64,000 bases of DNA from the human T2T-CHM13v2.0 reference genome, Homo sapiens. The position numbers were made by a program, and so were the translations under genes. Where the stretch lies: NCBI RefSeq assembly GCF_009914755.1, contig NC_060927.1. One strand, written 5' to 3'. Positions within the stretch are counted from its first letter, which is position 1, and each line of letters opens with the position of its first letter. Positions 1 to 15,299 of this stretch are shown one piece after another. The notes beneath the pieces are model-generated. The model was not told the origin of the DNA and ran no database searches. It saw only the letters and a program-made list of their open reading frames with translations.

Positions 1-1331
1 ACCATATCTGGAGATTAAAAGCAGGCAAACAGAAGGGAAATAAGGAAAATGAAGCAGGGCAAATGGGACTATTACTGACATATTAAAATGAAAGACTATA
101 CTAAGACTTCTCATATGCGTATATTGAGATTTTTCCTGCTGGCAATGATCAAGTACAATTACATACCTTTTGTATGACATTTCTGATTGGAAAGGTTATG
201 TGACATGCAGGGAGGGGTCTTAGTTATTGGCTCTTTAGCTATTTCCCTCTTTATCCTGGAATAGTACCACAGTGTGTTTTTCACTCCTTTAAAACATTCT
301 TTAATGAAATTGCTTTGCGTCATCCCTGTCTCTGTGCTTTGCCTCTTTTATTCCATTGACTTGTTTAGGGTACATAGGAAATTAGGTTGAAAATGTGTTA
401 GTATTCCACATTAATATTAACTTGAAGTCTTTCCCTTGTATCACTAAATCACTACAGATAAAAACTTGTACTGTGAATGCATGCTGCTTGTCTATAAATA
501 TCACCTGAAACAGCAAATAAAGCCATGTATGTTTAACTGAGAAGAGTTGAGAATTAATGCTAAATTAAAATATTGTCACACAGATTAGGAGAGGCATACA
601 CACACACAGTCTCTGATGCCTTTCTCTTTACTGTGAACACTGAATAATAATTATTTGACGAAGGTAGTGCGTTGTAAATATTTATAAACAGAAATGTAAA
701 ACAGTGAGACCACAGTGAATAAATTATTTTGAAATATTTTAAAATCCAGTTTTTATATGCTTTTTAGTAAAAATTATTCATGGTGATCAATATTTCTTTC
801 TCACTTGCCATCTGCTCCACTTCTTTGCCTGTGCAGTTCTAGGTGAATGATGCACTGTGCTGTATAATGTACTCCACAAATTTATTGACTTGGATGCAGC
901 ATTTTTATGGAGAGCAGGCAAACATGTAATCACTAAACACAAGTCTTCTGCTGTTGTAATTGCCAGCTCCTTCCTAACCACGGGAACAATTAGGTGATCA
1001 TTAAATGGCTTCCAAGGGGATGCCTTCCTCTCCTGTCTTACTGCTGGTGTCATTTAGTAGCTTCTGCAGGAGAAGGTGGAAGAAATCTATTCCACGTAGT
1101 CCTGGAGTGACTGGTCAAAAGGATTTCATCTTGTGTCTTACAGGCAATTTGTGAAGAGCCCCTGTTTTCATGCGATTCCATTTTAATTCAGTTGCAGCAT
1201 CCAGTTTTGCACTATTGAATCACCCCACTTGAAAGCCTCAGAGAGGGGCTTTTGGGCTGAAACAATGACACTTAGGTGGTTTGACCACCCCTTTCTTAGT
1301 CTGAAAGCAGATGTCTGTATCCACTTACTAA

Positions 1332-1839
<508 letters not shown>

Positions 1840-2214
1840 GGAATTATCTTGAATCGGGTAAAATCATAGCAACCTAGTAATGCTGCCTGTAATTTGAAGA
1901 CACCTGAAGGTCAAGGGTTCTTAATGCTGCCTCTCCTATGAAGCCATCCCTGATTCTCTTAATTTAAATTAATTGCCCTCTTTTATATGCCTCCATAGTT
2001 ACAGGTTTTTTCTTTTGTTGTGTTTCATGAATCTGCCTTACATAAGTTCTCTTTATGATCATCTTTCCTGCTGAGTGGCAAAGTCTTCAAAGGTAGACAT
2101 TGAATCTTATCTATCTTTGCTTTCCCCTGCTGAACACAGAATATACACTTTATAATTAATTGCTTGTTGAATTGGAGATAGTCACATTTTTCTAACCTAA
2201 TGCCCTATAAAAGA

Positions 2215-2650
2215 ACTCTCATTGTGTCATTCAAGGATCATTTAGTGGCAAGAATGGAAATCCACACGAACTTACTTTAGGCAAAGGCAGGAGGTTCTTT
2301 GGAGAATACAAGGATGTCTCTCACACTCAAGGCTGGGCAGTACATCTAGCCAGGACTCAGTGGAGAGAGGGGCCACTTCTGGGAAAGTCCTAGGAGCCCC
2401 ACTCCTGTGCCGCACTCACTATCTTTCTGTCTCTTGGTCTGATGGTACTGCTGTACCATGGTACCAGCATCTGTCAGTCTGATTATCAAGCTTTTTGTTC
2501 TCTTTCATTAAGTAATGACTTACCAGGAATGCTGCTCCCTCCGGTCCCTGCAAATCTAAGGCCTCAATATGACTAGTTATGTGTTCCAATTTCAGATTCC
2601 CTGCAGAGAGAATATCATGGCCTTCTCTGGGTCAAGAGTCCACCTGTGTT
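2215..2650. mobile_element. Probable degraded MLT1-type (MaLR) LTR
   Basis: Loose resemblance (gtggcaagaatggaaatccac...ttccaatttcagattccctgcagagagaat). Confidence 0.4.
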
Positions 2651-2736
2651 AGCTTAGCCGAGGCCCTGAAGAAAGGAGGACATCTAAGAGAGGCTCACCT
2701 GATTTGGAGAACTACCCTGTCCTCAGGCTCCCAAGC

Positions 2737-2982
2737 CAGCGGTCCCCAACCTTTTTGGCACCAGGGACTGGTTTTGTGGAAGACAATTTTTCCATGGGGG
2801 GATGGTTTTGGGATGAAACTGTTCCACCTCAGATCATCAGGCACGTGCAACCTGGATCCCTTGAATGCGCAGTTCACAATAGGGTTCGCTCTCCTATGAG
2901 AATGTAATGCTGCCGCTGACCTAACCGGAGGCGGAGCTCAGGCAGTAATGCTGAATCCTGCTGAGTGTCTTGGTTCCTAACA
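2737..2982 (-). mobile_element. MER1B-like hAT-Charlie MITE, internally deleted
   Basis: cagcggtccccaacctttttggcaccagggactggttttgtggaagacaa...aaactgttccacctcagatcatcaggca; homologous to the copy at 51953. Confidence 0.88.
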
Positions 2983-3329
2983 CTAAGGGATGGGTTTGGA
3001 GGAGCAGAAATGATTGTTGGAAGCAAGTGATTGGTATCTGCATGCAACTGTGCCGCTCAAAGGTGCTGGAGAATGACTAATTTGATGGAGGAAAATAGCA
3101 GTATTAGTTGTGGTTTTCTTTTCAAAATTTCTTATGTTCACAACACTTGTGTTTTGTCCTCTGAAATTTACCCTCTACACCCTAATGCTTGATCAGTGTC
3201 CCTGCCTGTGTGAGAAACCCTCCTGGACCACTAAAGCCCAGTGTCATTTTGTTCTTCTTTGCCCTTTAAGAGAATGGTACATTGCATTCATTTTACATCT
3301 GCTTGGGCTGAGCTCTGTCCTGCCCCTAA

Positions 3330-3680
3330 CGTTCTGTGCTGTTCTCATCGTTGTCTTCTCCTCTGCAGCTTCTGTTCATGCTGTTCCATGTGCCTGGAAT
3401 GCCCTTCCCCTCATCCTTATATATCCATCAGAGCTCAGCTTACGTGCCACCTTCTCAGGAGTCGCTGTATTCTGTAGGGTCTCCTTGATATTTTTATTTC
3501 ACATTCAATTATCTTATGTTGTTTTTCACAAGCTGCATTTACACAAGTTTGTGTTAGTTTACTTGCTTCATACCTTTCTCCCCCACTGGAATGCAAACCC
3601 CTGAAGGCTGTTCTGCCTTGTTCATCTTGGATCTCGGTGCTTGGTATCCAGTAGGAGCCCCGTAAATGTCTCTTTAATGT
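3330..3680 (+). mobile_element. L2 3' fragment
   Basis: catgctgttccatgtgcctggaatgcccttccc...ccactggaatgcaaacccctgaagg...gtaggagccccgtaaatg. Confidence 0.7.
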
Positions 3681-4264
3681 GCAACTGTCTGGCTGTCATG
3701 CATCTCCTGGAGTGGTGGCATGGCCTCTTCTTCTTGAAATGACTGAAACGGAACCCTTTGTTAGGCCATCTGTATCAGGGTGATAAATTCCCTGTTTGTG
3801 TAGTCAGCTGCCCTGCCAGGAACATGGCACTCTGTAATGTGCATAATATAATCATTTAGCTTTTGGGGTGATTTTTCTGCATCATTTGATCAAGTCATAA
3901 ACCTAAGTTATGAAGTCTACTCTGGAGACTGAGCCTAAGTAAAACTGATCAATGGGATCTGTCTTGGGAACAAGAAATTTAATATACTCTGCTTGACAGC
4001 CAACTAGAGTCATTGTTTTTCCTTCCTAAATGCAGATCTAATCATCCAGATATGACAAGGGTGGGGTTTTTTGATGAGTAGGTTAGGCAATTTTGTCCCC
4101 CTTGCTTCTGGATCAGAAGACAAGATGGTTTTAGGCTGGTTGCTTTTGTCATTAAGTAATTATAGCTTTATAATGGGTCTTGGGGAGTATCCTGCATTCC
4201 TGTGTTCTGACCACTGTCCCCTGTACTCCCCTGTAGCTCAGCTTTTGAATTTCCTAAAATTAAG

Positions 4265-4500
4265 GCAATGAGTGGTATGTGTAAAATCTTGCATTATAGA
4301 GACTGGGCTCAAATCCTAGACCCTTCACTGATCAGCTGTGTTAACTTGGGCCAGTTACTCAATCCATTAGCCTGCATTCTTCATTTGTAAAATAGGGATA
4401 AAAATGTTTTGTCTTAGCAGGGATCTAGTAAGGCTTCATTATGATGATATGTGTTCTTTGCACAAGGCCAAACAGGCAGTAAAGTGTTAAAAAACTTTGG
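4265..4500 (+). mobile_element. MIR
   Basis: ctgggctcaaatcctag...agctgtgttaacttgggccagttact...catttgtaaaataggga (MIR core). Confidence 0.8.
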
Positions 4501-5132
4501 CATCAACATCATTCCCATTATCATCATTATCTCCATCTCTCCAGTAGGACCTTCAGAAGTGACACTGATGTTACCTGGAAGGAGGGGCCAGGAAGGGGAA
4601 AGGGTGTGACTAATACCCACAAACATTATCTTAGGCAGCATAAGTTTCCAGAAACATGGATTCACTTATTATTCATTGGTTTGAGTTCAGCTTTTCTTGT
4701 TGTTTCCAAATAATACCTTTAGGGTTGAAGTATTAGGGACAGGTGTGTATGCAGTTTTTTCTCAGCAGTGGGGATAAACATGTGGTTGCAGGACACACAG
4801 GCATCTTAAAATTCGGACTTAATTAAATAAATGAAAAATAAACCATTTCACTTCATTTTTCTGCTCAGGTCAGATTGATGTCTGTTTTCTTAGGGTAATT
4901 GTGGCTTGATGCTCTGTTTGGTCCCCTAAATAAGAAAGTTTAGGCACATCATTCCTCAAAGATCAGATATTCCTTGTCTGGAAGTCTTGTTTGTTTGATC
5001 TTCAGAGTATTTTAAAAATAGAAACAGACTGAGAAAATCCAGCCATGCTTGAAAAATCTTAAGGTTTCCGTGGATCTACATTGCTCAGTCTCAACCAGAG
5101 ACTAGAACTGAGTGGAAGCTGCTTTCTTTAGA

Positions 5133-5322
5133 CCTGTCATTCTCAAATTGTGGTCCCTGGGACTAACAGCATCAGCATCAACCCAGGGGACTTGTAAGAA
5201 ACACCCATTTCTACAACCCATCATCCCAAGGCTTTTAAATGAGAAACTCTGGGGTGTGTGCCACTGTCTTTATCAGGCCTTCCAGGTGATGCGCATGTGG
5301 CTAGAGTTTGAGAAGCATTATT
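5133..5322. mobile_element. MER5A-like hAT MITE
   Basis: ttctcaaattgtggtccc...cagcatcagcatca...ttccaggtgat...agtttgagaa terminal inverted repeats. Confidence 0.75.
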
Positions 5323-6289
5323 TCAGACACAGCTCGGGCTCTGCACTCCCCAGTTACAGTTCTTTGCCCTTCTTTGCTGTCTTACACCCAGCTCCCTACA
5401 CTGAGTTAAATCGCCTCCCTGGTGCCATGAAGTATTTTTTTGTCTAGGGACTGCTAAGGATTTTAGGGTTGGGTTTTAAGTACGTTGATTTCTCTTCTGC
5501 GTCAATATATCTGACACCTTAAGCTCACTTAAGTCCCTTAAGCTTCTCTAAGCCTAAGAAATACATGGTGAGAGGGATGTGTCTCTAAGAATATGTTTAA
5601 CATTGTGGAAGACTGTTGACAGCTGTGTTGACTCTCAAGACAAGATCAGGATAATAGACTGTCTAAAAGGAATGTGTTAATTTTATTGCTTGAAGTATAA
5701 GCATATCAATTTTTCTTAATTATGCTAGAAATGGTGGTAGTCAGGTAGTCAGGTTCACCTAGTTGTGAAATCTTTCCTTTGCTCCTGTAGTTGCATGGCT
5801 TGAGGGAACATGTTTAACCTCTTGAGCACAACTTTGCTCATCTGTGAAATGGGAATTACATAACCTATGGCAAAGTGAAATGGGGAGAGTTAAGTGTGGC
5901 GTGTATAGGAAAACTGTTCCTTTGAGTTCCTTTGCTATTAAGGCTCATTTTTTTATATCCACAGTCACATTCATGAAGCTTTTCTGAAGAACAAACACAC
6001 CCTTTGGGAAGTATAGTCAAAAGCGGGAACGTATTTATTGAGTAATCAATAAGCTATATATTTTGTCATGTATGAATTATGTATGCATTATTTATAATAC
6101 CTCACACATGAATCATAGTAAGCAGTTTTTGAATGCTTAGTATGTGTCAGGCACTGTTCTAGAAGCTGGGACACCAAAGAGAGCTGTTTAGATAAGATCT
6201 GTGTTTTTACGGTACTCATATTCCGCTTTGGAGAAGGAAAGGGAGACACAGTAAACAAGTGTTATGTTTATTTTTTTGTTTGTTTAGTC

Positions 6290-6570
6290 ATTTAGTTTTC
6301 GTAATTTAATTTTTAAAAATAGATAATACATGTACAGCATTTGAAAGTCAAAATAATGTAAAAAGGTATATGCAGAGAAGTCTTATTTCCACCATGTTGG
6401 TGAATTCTATATTCCGTCCCCACCCTATCCTCCCACAGGTAACCATATTTATTAGTTTTCGTTTATCCTTCCAGGGTTTCTTTATGCAAATATAATTAAA
6501 TTATATATGTTCGTAATTTCTGCCTTAATAAAAGGTAGCATACTATACATGCTGTTCTGCACTTTTAAAG
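6290..6570 (-). mobile_element. Old L1 (L1MC/ME) 3' fragment
   Basis: ggtaaccatattttattagttttcgtttatccttccag...ggtagcatactatacatgctgttctgcac. Confidence 0.65.
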
Positions 6571-8359
6571 TAGGAGTTCTTAACCAGCATAAGACTTTAA
6601 GGGGTTATTAAACATACTCCCTCAAGGTTTTAAATACCATTTTATATGTATCTGTCAATAACTTTCATCATATTTTCAAAGTCATCTATGACCCCCAAAA
6701 AGGGTAAAAATCATTATTTCATAAGAGTTTACAGATTACCAGATACCTGGATTTGTAACAAACCATGAACTGCAGTAAAAGATGTATATGGCATCTAGAA
6801 AAAAAATCAGAAAAAGATGCCATATATAGAAAAATGCATTTGAATTAATACGCATTTAGTGAATTCAGTGTAATTTTATGCTTTTATACTTGGGGATGCT
6901 AGAAAGAGAAAATATTTATGATTAATTCCTTATGAGACTACCAAGTTAAGTACTTACAAGATACCAATGAAATACATATTAATCCACATTAGAATTTAAA
7001 GACAGTATTTTATTTTCACAGGTCTCTGTTGTATCAAGTATAAATGACGAAATTGTTAATAGTTCTTACAACTTGTATAAGTGGATAATTTGAACTGTAG
7101 AATATACTTTGTAGAAGATGGGTTTTTTGTTAGTTTCTTTTACCTAAATGAACATATACATGACAAGTTGAAGCCTTGATCTGGGCTTGTCCTTTGGGAG
7201 AAAATTAAATCTTAACCTAAATAATGGAAATACTAAAGGAATGCTTGTTGAAAATATGTGCAATATATATTTAAAAAAAAAAAGACCTCAGAAGGTGAGG
7301 GTATATTTAGAATTTGGTAGAAATTTTGGTATCTGTATTCTAAACATGTGGTTTCAGTGTACAGGTGATATGTTTAAGTGGATGTAATTTAACAGTATTC
7401 TTTCAGATAGTATTCTATGCAGTACCTAGCAGCAGTTGCTCATTTAATACATGCAGGGAACACATAAGTAGCTGGAAAACAAACTTTTATCAGTGTAAGT
7501 AGAATTGTCTCATGTGGAATTTGCTTCAGAAGGTATAGAGCACAATGGTTAATGTGTTATCTTTTCAGAAACATAGAACTAAGTTGATGGGAAAGAGGGG
7601 ACAATTTTATTCTGTAATCACTAAAGTGGTTTGGAGACTTTCCCAAAGATATTGGCAGGATGGCTTTATAACATAAACCATGACTTGGAGAGGATAAAAT
7701 TAATCAGTAATCTTCACTGAAGTATAAAGTGTGAATGAGGTGGGAAACGTCATGGGAAAGGAGATCTTTTCTTATGGACTGGGGGACTTTCTCAGATGGT
7801 TCTCTCAGCACTGTCCTCTCCTGGGTGGCATTGTCACATGCATTTATTTATTATGGGGTTATGCGTTAATGACCCACCTCCATTGCCGCTGCCAGAGCAA
7901 AATGTTAGTTTGAGATCAAAACTCTCCATCAAACATAGTTGAATTCCAAATCGCTGAACTGCCCTTCACTAGAAGGGAAAGTGATATGACCTGTTCTGCC
8001 TTTCTCCAGGCACCTATAAAGCCAATAATTCTCCATTCATGTGAAGCTCCTCTTGTCTTTATTGCCTTCACCACTTTTTTCCACTCTTTATTATAGTTCC
8101 TTTGTCCGTCCTTGTGTCGTGGTTTTACACGCGTGGCTCAGCCTGAGCTTCAGGCTTTGTTCTCTCTGCTTTTTTATGGCCTTTTTGATGAGTCGCTGGG
8201 TAGTTCCAACCCACTCTATTGTCATTTGATCACATACTGTCTCATTGACCTAGAATTTTAGAAGGAAACGCAGTCTAGATTAGTATCTCTTTGAATTGTT
8301 CAGCCTTTAAAAAAAATCCAATCAAAATGAAATAATTTTGTAGTTAGTAAAGAATCCGG

Positions 8360-8661
<302 letters not shown>

Positions 8662-8686
8662 TCCAGAATGACTACAGTGTTAAGCT

Positions 8687-8937
<251 letters not shown>

Positions 8938-9074
8938 TTACTTTAATGAGCAGAAAATGTGTGAGTTGTTCAAGAGTGTTCTTCTAAAGCACTTGCAAAA
9001 ATAGCTTTGGGTATGCTCATTCATTCTTCTACAAGTATTTATTGTGGTCCAACTGTGTGTTTAGCATTGGGCAA

Positions 9075-9300
9075 TAATAATGGCTAATATTTAACACGTA
9101 ACATGCTCACTATTTGCAAGACACTAAGCATTTCACCTCATGTAATTCTAAGAGTTAGGTGCTGCAATTATTCTCATTTTGTAAACAAGGAAACAGATGA
9201 AGAGTTTAGGTAACTTGCCCAGGACCACTTACATGCCAAGTGGCAAAAGTGGGATTCTGTGGTCTGGTTCTAGGATTCATGGTCTTTATCACTGTGCTAT
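9075..9300 (-). mobile_element. MIR
   Basis: attattctcattttgtaaacaaggaaacaga...ggtaacttgcccaggaccac. Confidence 0.75.
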
Positions 9301-10224
9301 GCATGATTTCTTTCTTTATGGAACTTGTCATCTAGTCAGATCTGACCCGTGCAGTTTTGTTTTCAGGACTCTCAAAGCAAACTTTTCTTTCATGGCAAAA
9401 ACAAGTCTATTCTAGCTCCATCTGCATTACCACAGAATCCAGATTAGTAGATTTCAAAAGAAGGAGGTTTAACCATAGCTACTATACCTCCGCCCTGAAT
9501 ATGTGACTTGCATGTCAACAAGGTCTTCCATATTGACTGACATTTACATGTGATATTTGGTTATCGAGTTTAACTAAGGAATCATCTTGCATGCTTAACT
9601 ATCTGCTGGCGAAATTTTTGATGCCGTGGAATGTGTCAGCACCAGTGGAGTATTATAAGTTAATTACTTGTGTGCACAGCAGGCAACACTGATACAGGTG
9701 GCCTCTAGCAATGTGGAGATGAGACATTACTTGAGACACCTGAGATGTGGCTGTGAGTGAGTTATCCTGATGAGTGGGGAATGGGGAATGTCAAGAAGGC
9801 CAAGTATGGCTCTGTCCTGATGGAATGTTCATTCAGATGGAATGTTGATAGGTTGTGAACCATACCATTGTTTTACAATGGGGTGTGCTGATGTGAGGTT
9901 GCCTTCTGGTGGCCCAGGTAGAACTATGTGATAGGGATTCAGGATTTATAATTCCTCTTCAATAACATGCAAAACATGTAAAGATGACTAGGACCCACTG
10001 ACTTAGTTTTCATTCATTCGTGTTTTTTTTTTCTCACTTTCCTTATTCAAGAATGATTTGCTGGGTGTTTATTATATGCCAGTACTTTTTGCTACACTCT
10101 ATGGGAACAATGGGAAGCCAAATAGACAGGTAGCTCTAGAATTTCTATATAAGATTCTGCCACTGCAGAGTGGGTAGAAGCGGATCTAGTTGGATTTGTC
10201 TTGAATCAACACTGGCATAGCAAG

Positions 10225-10305
10225 CACTTTGTTTCTGCTTAGCTTGTACATTTATTAAGGCCACTTTGTTTTTGCTTAGCTTGTATGTTTATTAAGGCCA
10301 CTTTG
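10225..10305. repeat. 37-bp tandem duplication (2.2 copies)
   Basis: cactttgtttctgcttagcttgtacatttattaaggc / cactttgtttttgcttagcttgtatgtttattaaggc / cactttg. Confidence 0.95.
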
Positions 10306-13300
10306 GCCGAAGTTTTCTCCTAGCCATTTCTGCCATAAAACTTAAAGTTGGGCTTGTGAGAAGCAGGACTTGTCACAAACAGCATTGGCTTAATTTCTTT
10401 CTAGTGGATCAGTGAAACTCAGATTGGTGCTCCCAGAGAAAACCTGGTTTTCTGAAGTGTATGACAAAGTAAACTAATCTGGAATGGTGGGCTCAAGGAA
10501 AACTTCTTGAATAAGTGACACTTCTGCTCAAGTTTGAAAATGGAATACAAAGTCTAGGCCTGACCTGGACCATTATGAGATCACACATAGGGCCTATTGC
10601 AGTTATCACAGGCCTTATCTTTGTCCGCACATCTGGTTGGGAGATGGGTCTGTCAGTGGGGGCCTCTGATTGTGATTTGGTCTCTTGCATTGAACTATAA
10701 AGGCTTTTTTAACAAACTAGGCAGAGTCGAATGTTAAAAACCTCCATTAGAAACATTTTATTATTACTCATTTTATCAGCAAGACCTTCAGTTCATCTCA
10801 CCTTTTTCAACTCCTTAATCTCCATTCTACTTGTCAGAAGTAGTAAGAAATATTAACCCACCATAGGAATGGTCTCACGCCTCATTTCAAATGTTAGTAA
10901 TGCATCAAAACCCTAAGACTTATATTAACTGCATTTTAGATGTCTAAATTCATTCCCTTACTGGGAAGGAAAGGTATATAGTTAAAAGCAGAAAAGGGCT
11001 AATGGCATAATAATTTATAATCATGGTGTTCTGATTAGGAATGAGTGACATTCTTCCAAATTTAGTGCATGTAACTGCCACTGAACACTGATTATAAATT
11101 TGGCTAATTTGAACAAAGGCTTTCCTTGTTGGTTAAGACAGCTGTGTCTATCTTTACTATTGTTGCAGTAAAACATTTTAAGTGGAATTTCTGGGTCAAA
11201 GTGAATGGATGTTTTTAAAGATGTATATATAAACAAAAGCTTGTGTGTGCGTTTGTGAATATGTATTTGTGTATACACAACTGACTTCTAGATTTTCTCT
11301 AGTAAACATGTAAAATAAGTATTTTTAATAATAATAATAGTATGTGAGTAAGTTTAGATACAAAATTTTGGTCCTCTGGTGGGGAGATAAAGGAGGGGAA
11401 TATGGATGTTAAAATATATCAAGCACGTCTTACTGGAAGTTGAGAAAGAAGAGAGAAATTCCTTACAGTGACATGTTACTCTTCCATGAAATAATGCTTC
11501 TGACATTAAGCTAAATGGATGATGTCATTTTGGCCATAAACAAGTACTAAATTTGGCTAATACAATGGTCTGAACCATTAAATGTAAAGATTTTTATTTT
11601 GTCAAGTGTGGTGTGATGGTTTATGCAATCATGGATATATGATTTCATATTCTGCTTTTTTTTGCTTTTTTCATCATCCTTTCACTTACTAAATGGCTTC
11701 TATTTCAGAGCTATGTCATATTCCATCAGTGAGTATAGACTTGCATTGTTGGACAGGCAGTTTGTTCATCCCTTTTTGACGCTAAGAATATGGATATGAA
11801 GCCCATCTGTGCATAACTGTTCCTTTGCTGAGTTGGATTTTCTTAGGTTCTTAGATTCCCACATGTAGACTCATTGGGCTTAAGTGTGAAAATTGATAAA
11901 GTTTTAATATATATTGTGAGAATTCTTCCCCAAAATATTTGTGGTAAATTTTAGTGCCTTTGGCATTATCTGAGAGTGCTTCTGCCATTGTATCCTTGCC
12001 ACTGGTAGCTTTTTATAGATCTATTTGATATAGATTTCAAACTAAAATTCCAGGTAAAATTAAGGTGCTACCATTTGGGGGTTGACTTTGGCCTGTTCAT
12101 TTAAGCCCTCTCAACTTTACTTTCTTCATCTGTTAAATGTTGGATGGAGGAGGGGAGGGAATGATATATGAGGATGATCTTGATGATATCACCGTATCGA
12201 TGGTGATACTTCATGGGACTGTGGAAAGAAAATCTGTGCTATGGCAGTTGGTCAACTTTAAAGAACATTTGTAGGGTAATGATTCTCATAGCTCACCTTT
12301 ATTTAAACCTGTAAGTTCTTTGAGACATGGTGTTGTCTGTACTCTGTACATTTTACTGAACAGATGATGTCACGTATAATTAAAACTAAGAGCACAAACT
12401 TGAGTCTCAGATTCACCAGAATTTGTACTCCTACTCCATGTGAGTTAAGTCCTGCATGTATCAGTTTATACATCCTTATTATGGGAATGTAGTACTATAT
12501 TTGACACAGAATGGGGTGAGGAGTAAAATGAAACACTACAGGCCAACTGCCTGGCTCAATGAGTGGTTCATTAATGATAGTTAGCAATGGTGACAGCAAG
12601 AGTGGCAACAGGTGTGCACATGACAATGTGGTCTCCAGTGGAGCAGAGAACCTTGTCCCTCAACAATGTTCCAAGGTACCCTGGATGCAGAGCTCAGTAC
12701 ATGTAAGGTCTGGGGTAGAGGGAACCTTGAGTGAATATTTGCATCAATGAATATATAATAGGAGTAGTATAACAAATAATTTGTGAATGAATTAATTTTT
12801 CTTCTTGGGGAATTTTAATTAAAGACATGAAATAATACAATCTTTTGGGTACACAGTAGTCCCGTACAGAATTGTATGATACACATTATCCTTTTCAGCA
12901 AAAAGTATTAAAGAAGTTGGAGAAGAGGCAGTCTTCTTCAAGGGCAAGATGGATAGTAGATGGTGATCCAGGAGTAAAGTGAGGAGGTGAGGTGGGTCTG
13001 GGAGTTGGAACTGGCGCCTTTTAGAAAGTTTTTTCCATAAATAACCTACAGACTCGGTCACCCTCAGTCCCTGCATCTTGCATGGACCCTGGTGTGCACA
13101 TCTGGTCATTGGGACTAAAACATTTGGCACCTATCAGCTGCATATGTCCAACCTGGGGAGCGAATCACCCGGCCCAGCATCCCTCAAGACATGATAGGGG
13201 AGGAGGGATACAGCGATAATGATTTTCCCCTTGGAAAGCTGCACTGGGTAGATGGTACACACCCATGTCCTTTCTCAATCACACTGGTAGAATAGATTAA

Positions 13301-14200
13301 TTTATATGGAAGTACAAGTTAATATGAAACCAGTGAGGTTGTTTTTTAGATTAATACGTTTCAAAAAGATTTTGAGATAATTTTGAGTTAAACTGTGAGG
13401 CAGATCAATCTTCAGCCATAGATAGATTCCTATCACTCCTTTTTAGCACAAATAATTGTTCATTTGACATCAGTCATAAATATTCTTAAGCAAGGTAATG
13501 AAATGCCACTTTTTTGAACCATGTGAGATATATCTTCTGATTGTGTTTCCAATGTCAACTCAAGTTAATGTGATTTACCCAGAGTAGGGTACCTGGGTAG
13601 CTTTTTGGATGGCATTGAGAAACTCATGAGGAGAAGGAAAGAAGGCTTTTAATTTTTTTGTCATGTTCTGACCTCTGTCTGTGTTTTAGTGTCAGGATAA
13701 AGACCATACTTAAGGAATTTTCGTTTCTTCTTTGTTTTGAAAAATCACTGACAAAAAAATGCAGAAAACACAGGGAAACATCTAAGGAGGGCTGAAGAAA
13801 ACACAGTTGCCTTATTTTCAAATTTGGTGTAAATGTTTGCTAGTTGTAGAAGCTAATTTAATAGCTTCATCTGCAAATTATAAGTAATACTTGACAAATA
13901 TTCAATATGTGTTTTGCTTTGAGATTTTAGTTGTTAATATGCAACACATTACCTATAAATATGCAAGGGGAAGAAACTCTTTGGGATTAGAAGGAGTTGT
14001 TTGGAATAATTAATAGTAAAGGTAGGTTAGTAGTGATGGCTTAACTGTGATTTTTTTTTAAGTGGATGTTCAGAATTTGAACTCTTAAAAAAATTCTAGG
14101 ATCTAGATCTGCATCTTAAAGTCACATTTAATTCTTCTTGGCTTTGAACTTGGTACATCTGCAGTGGTAGGTTAGGAAAGAATCACCCAATAAAGGAATT

Positions 14201-14348
14201 TGAACCAAATGAGTTCATAAATGGGAACTTATACCTGCCACTTATTCCTGACACCATCTAAAATCCTGAGTTTATGAACCAAGTGAGTCCATATATGGAA
14301 AGTTATACCTGCCACTTATTTCTGAAACTGTCTAAAATCCTGAATTTA
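14201..14348. repeat. 74-bp tandem duplication (2 copies, 10 mismatches)
   Basis: tgaaccaa.tgagt.cata.atgg.aa.ttatacctgccacttatt.ctga...tctaaaatcctga.ttta at 14201 and 14275. Confidence 0.93.
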
Positions 14349-14455
14349 AGAGTGTAATATTGCTTATTTATTCTCTATTCTGTCAATATTTCATTGATGC
14401 CCCAGTGTGGTTTGAATATTAGTGATGGTAGTAGTATCAGGGAGGACTTCATGTC

Positions 14456-14672
<217 letters not shown>

Positions 14673-15089
14673 TGAAGCGAATAGAAGTAGGCTTATCATC
14701 ATGGAAGTACTTACCTGGCCATATCTGAGTGAAGGACAGTTGAAGTACTTGGTCTCATTGGGACCATGTCAAGATATTCCAGGAAGAAAATCCTTTTCTC
14801 ATTTTGTCAAGGCAATACTAGGAAATCAGTATTTGTATGGATATTCCATATTTTTGATTAAAGGGCCGGAATCAAATTCTACTTATTTCCATTGCTCTTA
14901 CAGTGCTGGGTACCATATTTGAACTAAAACTCATTATCTTGTAACTAAAGGAAATTAGAGGTTGATGAGTAACTAGTCCATGAGCAAGTTGCTTCAAAAC
15001 TGTTCCTAGAAGTTTGACTACATTTTATAACAAGAGAGGAGATGTCACATAGGTATACTTCCAGTTAAAAATCCCTCTTCGGATCATTT

Positions 15090-15230
15090 GGTGTGATGGA
15101 AGTGTTCTGAAACTAGATTGTAGTGATGGTCGTACAACTCTGTAAATTTACTAAGAGTCATTGAATTGTACAATTAAACTGGTTGACATTAAGCATATAT
15201 AAATTATACCTCAATAGAGTTGTTTAAAAT
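15090..15230 (+). mobile_element. L1MB/MC 3' end
   Basis: gatggaagtgttctgaaactagattgtagtgatggt...taaattatacctcaata. Confidence 0.8.
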
Positions 15231-15299
15231 CCACTATTTTAAAGTTAAACTTCAAGGAAGAAAAAACAAAAAAGAATAAAAATAAAGTGAAACTGCGTT

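Noticed and set aside
6420-6445. cccacAG|GTAACC recursive-like motif
   Set aside because: It lies in an old L1 fragment, the donor core is weak, and no RS-exon partner is evident.
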